Assembly (NCBI GenBank): GCA_963675295.2
Contig: CAXXKJ010000002.1
Span: 2,144,001-2,208,000 of the forward strand
Direction: 5' to 3'
Length of the DNA stretch: 64,000 bases
From: a bacterium
GTDB lineage: Bacteria; Electryoneota; Electryoneia; Electryoneales; Electryoneaceae
The number at the start of each line of letters is the position of its first letter. Within the stretch, counting starts at the first letter, position 1. This document shows, one piece after another, positions 8,208-17,185 of this stretch. A program made the position numbers and the translations under genes. Below the pieces are notes generated by a model. It searched no databases. It saw nothing but the letters and a program-made list of their open reading frames with translations, and was not told the origin of the DNA.

Positions 8208-10643
8208 TAGAGTGATAGTCACTGTCGCTGTGGGATTGAATGGATTGGGGTAGACCGGTAGCATGGACCAGGTTCTGGGCAACGATTCGGTCACAGATCG
8301 GTGCATCGTGTTGCGTTGGCAGGTTGAGGACCAATCCGCGATCTCAGCTGAACCGGTACCGGTCTCGCTCTTGCTGAACGGAAGCGGTTCCACGATCTGC
8401 GGATGCAGGAACTGGGATTTGCCGAGGAACGCGTACAAGATGTAGTTGCCCGGTGGTGCGAAGTCTGGGACAAATTGTTCGACCTCATAGATCGAGATTT
8501 CGTTCGGACGCAACGTGAACCGGTCTTCAAATTGAATCGGCCGGTAGAGCCAGCTTTCCTCGTATTTCACCTTTGTGAACAGAAAAGCCGGATCAACGAT
8601 GAAGTCCAGATGGCTTTGCGCGTGGATTTCGTAGCTGAAGCTCCCTCCTGATGCCGGGATCTCCGTGGAGGAGGTGGGGACGAGTGTCAGCTCAACATCG
8701 TTTGGATCGCTGATGGCTTCGTTGCAATCCACAACGCTAAGCATGGGTTTGGTTGGGATTTCGTTGTAATTGTCGAGGGCATAGGCGTACCCGTTTTCAA
8801 CAGCGATCGAAAGGACACCTGATTCGGTGTCTGAATAGCCGACCTCATGGATCACGAATGGATCGCGTATGTCGAGGATGCGGACTTCACTCGCCCATTC
8901 GGTGTCGCTGTATTGATATCCGATGCCGACATAGGCGAAGCCGTTCTCGATGACCACGGAGGACGCCGAAGCTTCGAAATCATAGTATGCAGCAACGGTT
9001 GGGTTGTCTGCATCGCGAACGTCAAGAACCCGGATGCCGGAATAATCACCGTATTGATTGTGGTGAGTGACGTACACGAAACCATTCGCGTAAGCCAGGT
9101 CTGTCGGTTCCCACCAGCTGTCAATGGTGGCAACGAGTTCAGGCAGCATGGGATCGCTGGCGTCAATGATGTGTACACCATGATATCGTGTACTCAGGTA
9201 GACCATTCCGTCTGCAGCGGCTATGCCGTTAGTCTCTCCTTCGAGATCGAATTCTGTCAACAGGCTTGGCGTTGTCGGGTCGGACAAGTCATAGATCAGC
9301 AAGCCATCGTGGTTGCCCATATACAGGTAGCCGTCATCGACGGTCAATCGGTAGCCACGTCCGCCCGTTAGACTTAGTTGAACAGGTTCGACGGGATTGG
9401 ATACATCCAGAACATACAGGATTGAATGCGTCGCGCTGACATAAGCCAGGTCGCCAACCACCTTTACGTCATACCCATCTGCAGGTGACAGGTCGAAGTG
9501 GCCAACTTCATGAGGGGAGGTTGGATCACTGACATCCACGATACGCATGTTGCCGTATGCTGGAGATTGATCGAGAACGTAGAGGTAGCCAGCTTCAACG
9601 TCCGCCGCTGCGACGTTTGGTGGGTCGATGACGGAGCGGAAGAATGCGTTTGCCGGATCATGGACATCCAGAATGCGGTAGCCAGCGGGTTTTCGGCCAG
9701 ATTGGTCACCTACTAACACATGAGCGAACCCATCTTGCACAACGCAGTTCTGCACACTCCAGTCTTCACCAAGGTCAAACAGTTCGATGATGTTGGTGAG
9801 GGATGATATATCCAGGATATGAAACGAATCGTACTCATAGTAGGCATACAACAGCTCACCGACGAGCTGAATGTCCGTGTACGAATGGCCCGAATTGTAG
9901 GGTCGAATAAGACTTGGATTCAGCGGATCACTGATGTTGATGAATCGGAGGCCGTCTGAACCTACTGCGAGAACCGCATAGTCGCCGATGATTTCGATGT
10001 CGTGAACACGCCAGCCCGGGTTGTAATGGTTGATGATGACAGGGTTGGTGGGGTCGGACGAATCCAGAAATACGATTCCGGTTTCATCATCCGCCAGCCC
10101 CACGCAAACCGTTGTGCCCGTCACCGACATGCAATGCGCATCTTCAAATAATGAATTTGAGTAAAACAGTGTTTCAGGGTTAGCCCTGTCGCTAACATCG
10201 ACAATGATTAAACGAGTGCGGGTGGTCATGTAGAGAAGGTCGCCCACGAGTTGCAGACCTTCTGTGCCACCGTGCTGCGAGCGGCTTACATCCACAGGCG
10301 CTTCAGGATCGCTTACATCTACGATGACCAGATCATTACCGACGATCCAATACGCATAGTCCCCTTCCACGATGAGGTTGTCCGTACGGGAGAAGGGTAT
10401 GGATAGATCAAAATATCCGACGACGACCGGATTGTCCGGGTCGGAAATGTCAACGACAGCCAGCATGCCATAGAGGCCGATGTAAGCGTAATCACCTTGG
10501 ATATCCAGACTTTCATCATGGAACATGGCCTGGTACAGAGTTCCTGTAACTTCTGCGTTGAAGCCGCTTTGAGCAAATGCGGGTAACATGGTTAGAAACA
10601 GGACGATAAGGAACACGGGCAGCGTAAGTCTGGCAATATTCAT
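8010..10643 (-). CDS. Secreted LVIVD-repeat beta-propeller protein with Ig-like domain and T9SS C-terminal sorting domain
   Basis: Signal peptide; many [LV]xIxD[VI]SDPxxP repeats; YPNPFNP...LASGLYFVR...TQKVMLVR tail. Confidence 0.85.
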   Translation of the reverse strand: MNIARLTLPVFLIVLFLTMLPAFAQSGFNAEVTGTLYQAMFHDESLDIQGDYAYIGLYGMLAVVDISDPDNPVVVGYFDLSIPFSRTDNLIVEGDYAYWIVGNDLVIVDVSDPEAPVDVSRSQHGGTEGLQLVGDLLYMTTRTRLIIVDVSDRANPETLFYSNSLFEDAHCMSVTGTTVCVGLADDETGIVFLDSSDPTNPVIINHYNPGWRVHDIEIIGDYAVLAVGSDGLRFINISDPLNPSLIRPYNSGHSYTDIQLVGELLYAYYEYDSFHILDISSLTNIIELFDLGEDWSVQNCVVQDGFAHVLVGDQSGRKPAGYRILDVHDPANAFFRSVIDPPNVAAADVEAGYLYVLDQSPAYGNMRIVDVSDPTSPHEVGHFDLSPADGYDVKVVGDLAYVSATHSILYVLDVSNPVEPVQLSLTGGRGYRLTVDDGYLYMGNHDGLLIYDLSDPTTPSLLTEFDLEGETNGIAAADGMVYLSTRYHGVHIIDASDPMLPELVATIDSWWEPTDLAYANGFVYVTHHNQYGDYSGIRVLDVRDADNPTVAAYYDFEASASSVVIENGFAYVGIGYQYSDTEWASEVRILDIRDPFVIHEVGYSDTESGVLSIAVENGYAYALDNYNEIPTKPMLSVVDCNEAISDPNDVELTLVPTSSTEIPASGGSFSYEIHAQSHLDFIVDPAFLFTKVKYEESWLYRPIQFEDRFTLRPNEISIYEVEQFVPDFAPPGNYILYAFLGKSQFLHPQIVEPLPFSKSETGTGSAEIADWSSTCQRNTMHRSVTESLPRTWSMLPVYPNPFNPTATVTITLPETAELTVAVYNVAGQQVATLHNGSIAAGTHALSFDASSLASGLYFVRATVPGQLDHTQKVMLVR

Positions 10644-11059
10644 GAGAATTCCCCCTTGGTCGTTGATAATGCAATTCAGAATAACACCTCAAGATCCAGA
10701 AATAATTAAGCATATGCAATGGTATAGACGATGTATTCTGTCTTTATTGAATCACGTGACTCCGGGGATACCCGTAACATGACAGCTCAGATTCACCCAG
10801 CCTGTTTGGCAGAATGCATGAAAAACCGATCAGCAGCAGCGTGAGCAGAACCTGGCTGGGTTCTTGTGAAGGATCCATCAAAAGAACACCTTCCGCGCGT
10901 CTTGTCCAAGTGACCGACAGCTTTGGATAAAATTAATCCTCCAGCGTCAACTGGCCGATTATCGCATGCAGATCCCACAACTCACCCTCACGGATGTCCG
11001 TGCGCACCTTGCCACGTCAAGTCGGGTTTTGCGGTGTTCAATGTAGAAGTTCAGAACCA

Positions 11060-11416
11060 GAAAAACGGGGAGCTCGAAGCTCCCCGTTTCTGTATCTGCA
11101 CATCTGCGCAGGTCATTCCTTACCACGGACTTAAATCCGTGGTAAGAAACATGGATGAGCGGCAATCACCAACCGGCAACCGATTGTCGTTTACCGACCA
11201 CCGAATACCGTCTACCGCTTACCTGACGAGCATCACTTTCTGCGTGTGATCGAGCTGGCCCGGCACGGTCGCGCGGACGAAATACAGCCCGCTCGCCAGC
11301 GAGGACGCGTCAAAGCTCAGCGCGTGCGTTCCGGCGGTGATAGTGCCGTTGTGCAGCGTCGCAACCTGCTGCCCGGCGACGTTGTACACCGCGACGGTCA
11401 GGTCCGCCATTTCCGG
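11060..11416. repeat. Direct repeat copy 2 (terminator 11061-11089, REP 11120-11145, CTD coding sequence)
   Basis: Near-identical to 7797-8207. Confidence 0.85.
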
Positions 11417-12670
11417 CAGCGAAACGCTGATCGTCGTCTCCGGGTTGAACGGGTTCGGATAGGCCGCGCCAACCGCGTACTCGTGCGGGAGTTGCGCGTT
11501 TTGCGTCGCGTCAGCCGTGACCTCGAAGCCGGAGGCCACCCAGTCGTCGGCGTCGAACGTGAACGCCGCGTCCGTATTCGCACCCGCCTTGGTGAACTCG
11601 AACGTGTCCATCACCATCAGGTTCGGATTGTTCGGCACGCCGGCGGTCGCCTGGAAGGTGTACGTGCCCGCGGGCGCGTACGACGGCACGTCCTGCGTCA
11701 GGCCGGTGACGGTGACGTCCATGAACGGCGTCAGGTTGAACGGAATGTTCGCCGTCGGACCGACACGGCTGCCGTTCGGCAGGGTGACATAGGTCCGGTA
11801 GCGTAGACCGTTCGCGGACATGGCTGTGTTGTTGACGAATGATGCGTCATAGACGACGGTTCCGCCGCCGACGGGGATGTCGGTCACCTGCGGGGTCAAT
11901 GTCAGCACCGCCGGATCCTGTTGCCCGGTGCCCGCCAATTCCATCGCCGATTGCACGATTTCATGCGAGGTATCGTTCTGCACGAACGCGACGATCGAGA
12001 TGTTGTCGTCCTCGATCAGGTCGTTGTTCAACGTGACTGGCCACGCGAACGAAACGTCGAAGGTCTGGACGTCGTTCGGCTGCATGTCGATGTCCTGCCC
12101 GGCGTGCGACGGTGCCATCTCGAGCATGTCATAATGCCATTCGCTCTGGCCGTTGTTGCCGGTCCAGTTGTCGTAGAAATTCTCGACCAGGCCGATACGC
12201 AGCTTGTAATTGCCGGAGAAGACGGCGTCACCGTTGGTCACGGTAATCGTCGCATCAACCGAGTTTGTACCAATCGTGGACGCGATTTCGATCTGGATCG
12301 GAGCCTCAATCGCAAGCCGGTTGTTCACGGCGGTCTCAAGCAGCGCTGGAGTGATCGGCCAGCGGTCGAGCAGACCGTCCACCATCAGGGTCGGTAGCAG
12401 GCTGACTGGATAGTAGTTGAATCGTCCGAGGTGATCGGTGGGGTTCAGTGTGGTCCACGGTTCGGGACCGTACCAGTTGGCATGGTAGACGATGTACGAG
12501 ACGTCGTCCATGTTGTCTTCGAAGAACGCTTGAACCGTCTGCGCCGCAGACGGACAGGTGCCTCAACCATGGCCCGTGTACTTCTCGAACATCACCTTGC
12601 GGGGGAAGGGGGTAGCTGTGGTCGCGATCAGCATGACGGCCATCAGCCCCACCGCAAAACGTGCGCGCAT
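11219..12670 (-). CDS. Omp28-like thioredoxin-fold selenoprotein (UxxC) with Ig-like domain and T9SS sorting domain, 483 aa
   Basis: ATG at 12670 with GGAGG RBS gives signal peptide then RKVMFEKYTGHG-TGA-GTCPSA, in frame with ORF 11219-12511; TGA at 12565-12563 is codon 36. Confidence 0.85.
12535..12553 (-). promoter_or_regulatory. Bacterial SECIS-like hairpin
   Basis: CCGTCTGC-GGC-GCAGACGG perfect 8-bp stem starting 9 nt after the in-frame TGA, G in the apical loop. Confidence 0.65.
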
Positions 12671-12783
12671 GAATGCCTCCTGTTCGTGTCGTTGTCTGGT
12701 ATCCAAACAACGGGTTCACCGTGCGAATAACTACCAAAATGTGTCTCTAGTCTAGGCGTTCGAACGGCAGTAGACAAATAAAC

Positions 12784-13306
12784 TACCCCGCAGCAAGCTA
12801 CGGGGTATCGACTACTCACAGCTCAAGTCGACTTTGATGTAGCGGCTGGTAGTTAGCTTCTGTACCTTGGTTCATAACGTATTTTCTGATTGTATTTTCG
12901 TCACCGTGCGGACCTACGGTGGATATATAATAACCTTTTGTCCAAAATTCCCCACCCCAGAGCTGCTTTTTAACTTTGGGTTGTCGGATAAACATCTCTC
13001 GTGCTGTTATGCTCTTTATAGTTCGTACTAATTTTGTAGCACTCATGGTTGGCACGGATTGCACTAAGAAATGCACATGATCTCTATCTATTCCAATTTC
13101 TATAAATTCTATTTCATAACGTTTTTGGATTTCAAAGCAGATATCCTTTAATGTTAAATCTATCTCAGGTTCATCAAATACAACACGACGGTATTTCGCT
13201 ACACATACAAGATGGTATAGCAATATCGATACGTTGTGTTGTTTTCGGATCAGCTCAGACATTCCACAAGAAACCAACTGCAGCTGGCCGAAGCAAGCTT
13301 CGGGGC
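12784..13306 (-). mobile_element. IS200/IS605-family element (tnpA only) with subterminal hairpins
   Basis: Hairpins TACCCCGCAGCAAGCTACGGGGTA (12784-12807) and CCGAAGCAAGCTTCGG (13288-13303) share a GCAAGC apex and flank an AT-rich tnpA. Confidence 0.8.
12816..13262 (-). CDS. tnpA: IS200-family Y1 (HUH) transposase
   Basis: YHLVCVAKYRR, DHVH (HUH), FWTKGYY, KYVMNQ catalytic Tyr motif. Confidence 0.92.
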   Translation of the reverse strand: MSELIRKQHNVSILLYHLVCVAKYRRVVFDEPEIDLTLKDICFEIQKRYEIEFIEIGIDRDHVHFLVQSVPTMSATKLVRTIKSITAREMFIRQPKVKKQLWGGEFWTKGYYISTVGPHGDENTIRKYVMNQGTEANYQPLHQSRLEL

Positions 13307-13573
13307 ATCAACCGCACTGGAGTGAAATTATCGACTTACGCTGATTCATCGCTCGGGAGATCCAATACCCCAGCAGCCTGGTCGCCGCTCCGCTGGCCAA
13401 GTGCCCGGCCCATGAAACGCGAACCGGGCTACCTCTAAACCACCAGCTCGCCTGGAACTGTCTCTCGGAAAAGACACCACCCTCATCTTGACAACAAGAT
13501 TGGATTGCAAGTTCGTTTATGGAACTCAGTTCAGCAGAAGCGCGGAACGTTTTACAATCAGGGAGAAGACAGC

Positions 13574-14071
13574 ATGGCGCAGGAAACGAGGATGACGATT
13601 CTCAGCAGCACCGGTGCGTTTGACTTTACCAACGGCTGGACCGGCACCGTCCCGGTCAACGGCGGCACCGGCTACTTGTCGGCGACGCTCGAGGTGCTCA
13701 ACTCAGCCGGTCTGAAACAGATCCGGTTTGGCTGGCGGCCGATTGTGAAGAACGACGCCAACCCGCCGCAACAGATCGAGACCCGCTGGCTGCCGGTGTT
13801 CATCGATCTGAAGGGGATCTCCACCGGCGAGGGCCATTTCGCCGAACTGCCGGACTACGGCTATCTCTACAATCTGACCAGTGCGGATCTCGAGTCAAAT
13901 ACCAACTATTACCTGTATTTCGTCCATCCGGAAACCCCGGCGGCGGTACCGTTGCTGCGTGACGAGGGCAACCATCATGACGGCATCGAGATCCGGGTGT
14001 ACGCGTCGAAAGATGTCGGCCTCAGCGCCTTCACCTTCCGGCTCAATGTGCTCGCCTCGGTGGAAGCATGA
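13574..14071 (+). CDS. Hypothetical beta-rich protein (165 aa), translationally coupled to the downstream hydrolase
   Basis: GGGAG RBS, ATG 13574; ATGA overlap with the 14068 ORF; paralog of 6962-7393. Confidence 0.75.
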   Translation: MAQETRMTILSSTGAFDFTNGWTGTVPVNGGTGYLSATLEVLNSAGLKQIRFGWRPIVKNDANPPQQIETRWLPVFIDLKGISTGEGHFAELPDYGYLYNLTSADLESNTNYYLYFVHPETPAAVPLLRDEGNHHDGIEIRVYASKDVGLSAFTFRLNVLASVEA

Positions 14072-15417
14072 GGGCGAACGCACCCGGACGGTTCCGTCAT
14101 GGTGTCCACGGTCCCGCCGGCCGGACCAACGGCCACGGCACCTGGTGGGAACCCGACATGTTTCCGTTGTACGACCTGCTCAACGATCCGCCGACGCTAC
14201 GCGAGGTGCGGGACTTGCGTACAAAACGGGCGAGTCTGCCGACAAACACCGTGGACGGCTTCAAGCTGCTCGCGACCGGCGGTGTCTGCACCACGGAAAA
14301 GGTGTACCGGATGTCGATGTTCCGTCATCGGCTGGAGTTCAACGGCACGAGCTATAACCACGCGGCGGTCGTGCGCGGCCCGGCGTATGGGTCTGTTCCA
14401 CCGGCGAACGGGGAGTATCCGATTCTGCTGCTGCTGCATGGCAACATCACCGACGCCATGCGCCGCAACAAGATCACCGACTGGGACCGGCTGCTCGCGG
14501 CGAACAAGTTCTACACCGACCAGTGTGTCGTCGTCTTTCCGCTGTATTTCGGCTACCGGATGGAACTTCCGGAAAGTAGTAGCTATGGGGTGGAGTGCGA
14601 GGAATCCCTCCACCAGGCGGGCTACCCGAAGTTCAACGGGCAATCCTTCGAGACGCTTCCAGTGGACGATCCACTGTTCAAATCCGACTATCTCGCAGAA
14701 GGGTTCAGCGCCGACGATGTCCAGATCATGGCGATCCTGCAGGCGGTGACCGCGGTCCGGCAACGAAGCCCGGAGTTCGGTGTTAGTTTGAATGGCGACA
14801 TCGGTCTGCTCGGCGGCAGCCTTGGCGCGAGCATGGTGTACAAGGTCGCGCCGGTGCTGCACGACAACGGTCTTCCCGCGACACTCAAGGCGACCATCGC
14901 GCTCTAGGGCGGAACGGATCAGTATGCGCCGTTCAACGTCCGCCGCGCGAAACGGTGGCTAAACAGCGCATTGTACTACCGCCGGCAGGACCCGATCTAC
15001 GGGTCGGTGATCGACCGTGGCCGCAGCTATTCCGACATCCTGTTGAATCAGAAACGGCGGTTGGAATCGGAGGGAGTGGTCGAATACATCCTCGGCCGGT
15101 CGGACCCGACACATTACGTTCCGCCTGATCTCAAGAAGATCCTCCGCCGCTGGTTCCTCGAGGACTCAGTGGCGTGGTACTGGCGGTACAATAGCGGCCC
15201 GTATCCGATTCAGATCCATCATGGGGTCTTCGACGACACCGTTGCGGTCGACAACAGCCGTTGGTGGGCGAAGGTGATGCGGCAGCAGGAAATCCCATTC
15301 GACCTGGACAACTTCTACTATTTCGAAACGCCGACCGGTGAGCACAAAGCGGGTTCGCTGAGCAACGCGTCCCGCGTCGCTATGGCAACCGTCCTGGCGA
15401 ACAGGCTGGGGTACTAG
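14068..15417 (+). pseudogene. Alpha/beta hydrolase (S9/esterase-like) interrupted by one in-frame TAG at 14905-14907; nonsense allele or read-through gene
   Basis: YPILLLLHG and GGSLG before the TAG; HHGVFDDTV and GEH after it; 14908-14970 is 21 open codons joining ORF 14971-15417 in frame. Confidence 0.7.
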
Positions 15418-15591
15418 CGGTTCAACCCGCACGTGTTTGCATGCAAGCGCAGGTTGATAACGACGGATGGCCCGGGTCGTTTTACGACCCGGATGTCCCC
15501 ACTCATGCCCACGACATTTATTTCGCGGATGATCCGCCGGTCGCACATGCCCCTGTGACCCGCGTGTCTGTGTGCGCGGATCGCAGGACTA

Positions 15592-17097
15592 TCATTGCTT
15601 CATTGCAAGCTTTGGTCCTTCGAACGGCGCAGCGACAACATCGAGGTGGCGTGGCGGATCGAAGTCAACCTCGGTGCCACCAGTGACCGTGAATGGGAAA
15701 AACGCTTGGATAGTATGCTGTGGTCCATTGTCTGTGTAGGCACCGGCACGGACGATATAGTTGTACTCGCCGGATGCTGTGTTCGCAGGGATACTTTGTT
15801 GTAAATCGGCTTCATACGTCCCATTTGCAGGGACAGTGATGTCTTCCCAGACACGAAGCGATTCGCTCGGATACCCTGCTGGACCTCGCACGATCACCCA
15901 GACATCGGTAACAATGTCAACATCCGTATTGTTGGTCAGTGTGCCATGCCAGGTGAATCGATTCGGAGGGTGAACACTGTTCAGACTACGATTGGGTCGT
16001 GCTGAGATTTCCAGGTCGGTGTGGCCGGCGCTGAACTTGGCGAGGAAGACATTGGTTTCAAATTCACCGACTCCGTATTCCCCGAATACGACGATCTCTC
16101 CCAATCGACTGACGGCTGCGATATCTCTTTCGATGTAGACGCAATCCTCGACAGTGCAATAGTAATCCCAAGTGAACAACGGAGTTCCAGTAGCATCGTA
16201 CCGTGTGAATTCCAAATTGCTTCCGTCGTGGTGTCTGTAGGAAATCGAACCGCCATCGGGCATACCGTATAGAGGAAAATAGGGTCCAAGGCTCATCCCT
16301 TGGTGCCCCCAATAGTTGATAATTTCGCCATCTGGGGAAAGGGTTAGTCCGCTGTACATCGAATCCGCATCCATGGCGAGCTGGCCAGCGATCAGTAGAT
16401 TTCCGTCCGGCAAAACCTCGGAATGGTAGGAGGCATGCACAGACAGACCATTCTGCCTGATGAACACAGTGGAATCCTCAATCGTACCGGATGGGGATAT
16501 GTCATAAACGATGATGCCATATGATGTAACAACAGGATGAATCAATCCTGTGACCGTTGAATTCACGCTGTAACAATGCTGGTTAACTATGCCTCCAAGC
16601 AAGGTTGTCCACATGAGCGAACCGCTATCACTGTATCTGCTTACAAATGTTCTGTGCGTCATATCTCCACAAGAGACAAACGTACCCTGTTGATGACGCC
16701 CAACATCGTGGATCCAACCGGGTGCGACGTCAGTCAGAAACTCAAATCCAGTTCGAAAGTTCAATACCGCCAGCATTGGTTCAGAATAAGTCGTGGCAAA
16801 ACGATTGCGGCCAATTCGTTCAAGAACACGTCCATGGTGACCCTGTGTTTGCTGTGTCCACAGATGAGCTCCCTCGGAAGACATCTTATCCAGCATCATG
16901 TCATTCGATTGCAGCCGTGACGTTACAAGCAGATCGCCATTCGCACAGAATTCGACATCACCCATGCCATCGTTATCGTCATTGCCAATCTGCACCTCCC
17001 ACAGCAATTCACCTGGTTGGGCCGATGAATCCGGAGGCAGCAATGCAAGCAGAAACAGGCACAAACTCAGCAAGGCAATACTACGAGAGGTGATCAT
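15592..17097 (-). CDS. Secreted beta-propeller-like protein with conserved C-terminal Ig-like domain; paralog of 5246-6817
   Basis: Signal peptide; QP..L.WE.QIG start and C-terminal domain shared with the 5246 product. Confidence 0.8.
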   Translation of the reverse strand: MITSRSIALLSLCLFLLALLPPDSSAQPGELLWEVQIGNDDNDGMGDVEFCANGDLLVTSRLQSNDMMLDKMSSEGAHLWTQQTQGHHGRVLERIGRNRFATTYSEPMLAVLNFRTGFEFLTDVAPGWIHDVGRHQQGTFVSCGDMTHRTFVSRYSDSGSLMWTTLLGGIVNQHCYSVNSTVTGLIHPVVTSYGIIVYDISPSGTIEDSTVFIRQNGLSVHASYHSEVLPDGNLLIAGQLAMDADSMYSGLTLSPDGEIINYWGHQGMSLGPYFPLYGMPDGGSISYRHHDGSNLEFTRYDATGTPLFTWDYYCTVEDCVYIERDIAAVSRLGEIVVFGEYGVGEFETNVFLAKFSAGHTDLEISARPNRSLNSVHPPNRFTWHGTLTNNTDVDIVTDVWVIVRGPAGYPSESLRVWEDITVPANGTYEADLQQSIPANTASGEYNYIVRAGAYTDNGPQHTIQAFFPFTVTGGTEVDFDPPRHLDVVAAPFEGPKLAMKQ

Positions 17098-17185
17098 TTT
17101 CGTTACCTTCTCAGTTAAGTGTTCCGATTAGAGGAACAACCCACCCCCTCAGACGCGGATTAGATAACTTACATGTCCACTTCGC

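Noticed and set aside
13320-13500. Possible gene remnant next to the IS200 end
   Set aside because: Too short and without a recognisable motif
14905-14907. Genome-wide TAG reassignment
   Set aside because: Conserved genes such as pccB and rsmI end at TAG at their expected C-termini
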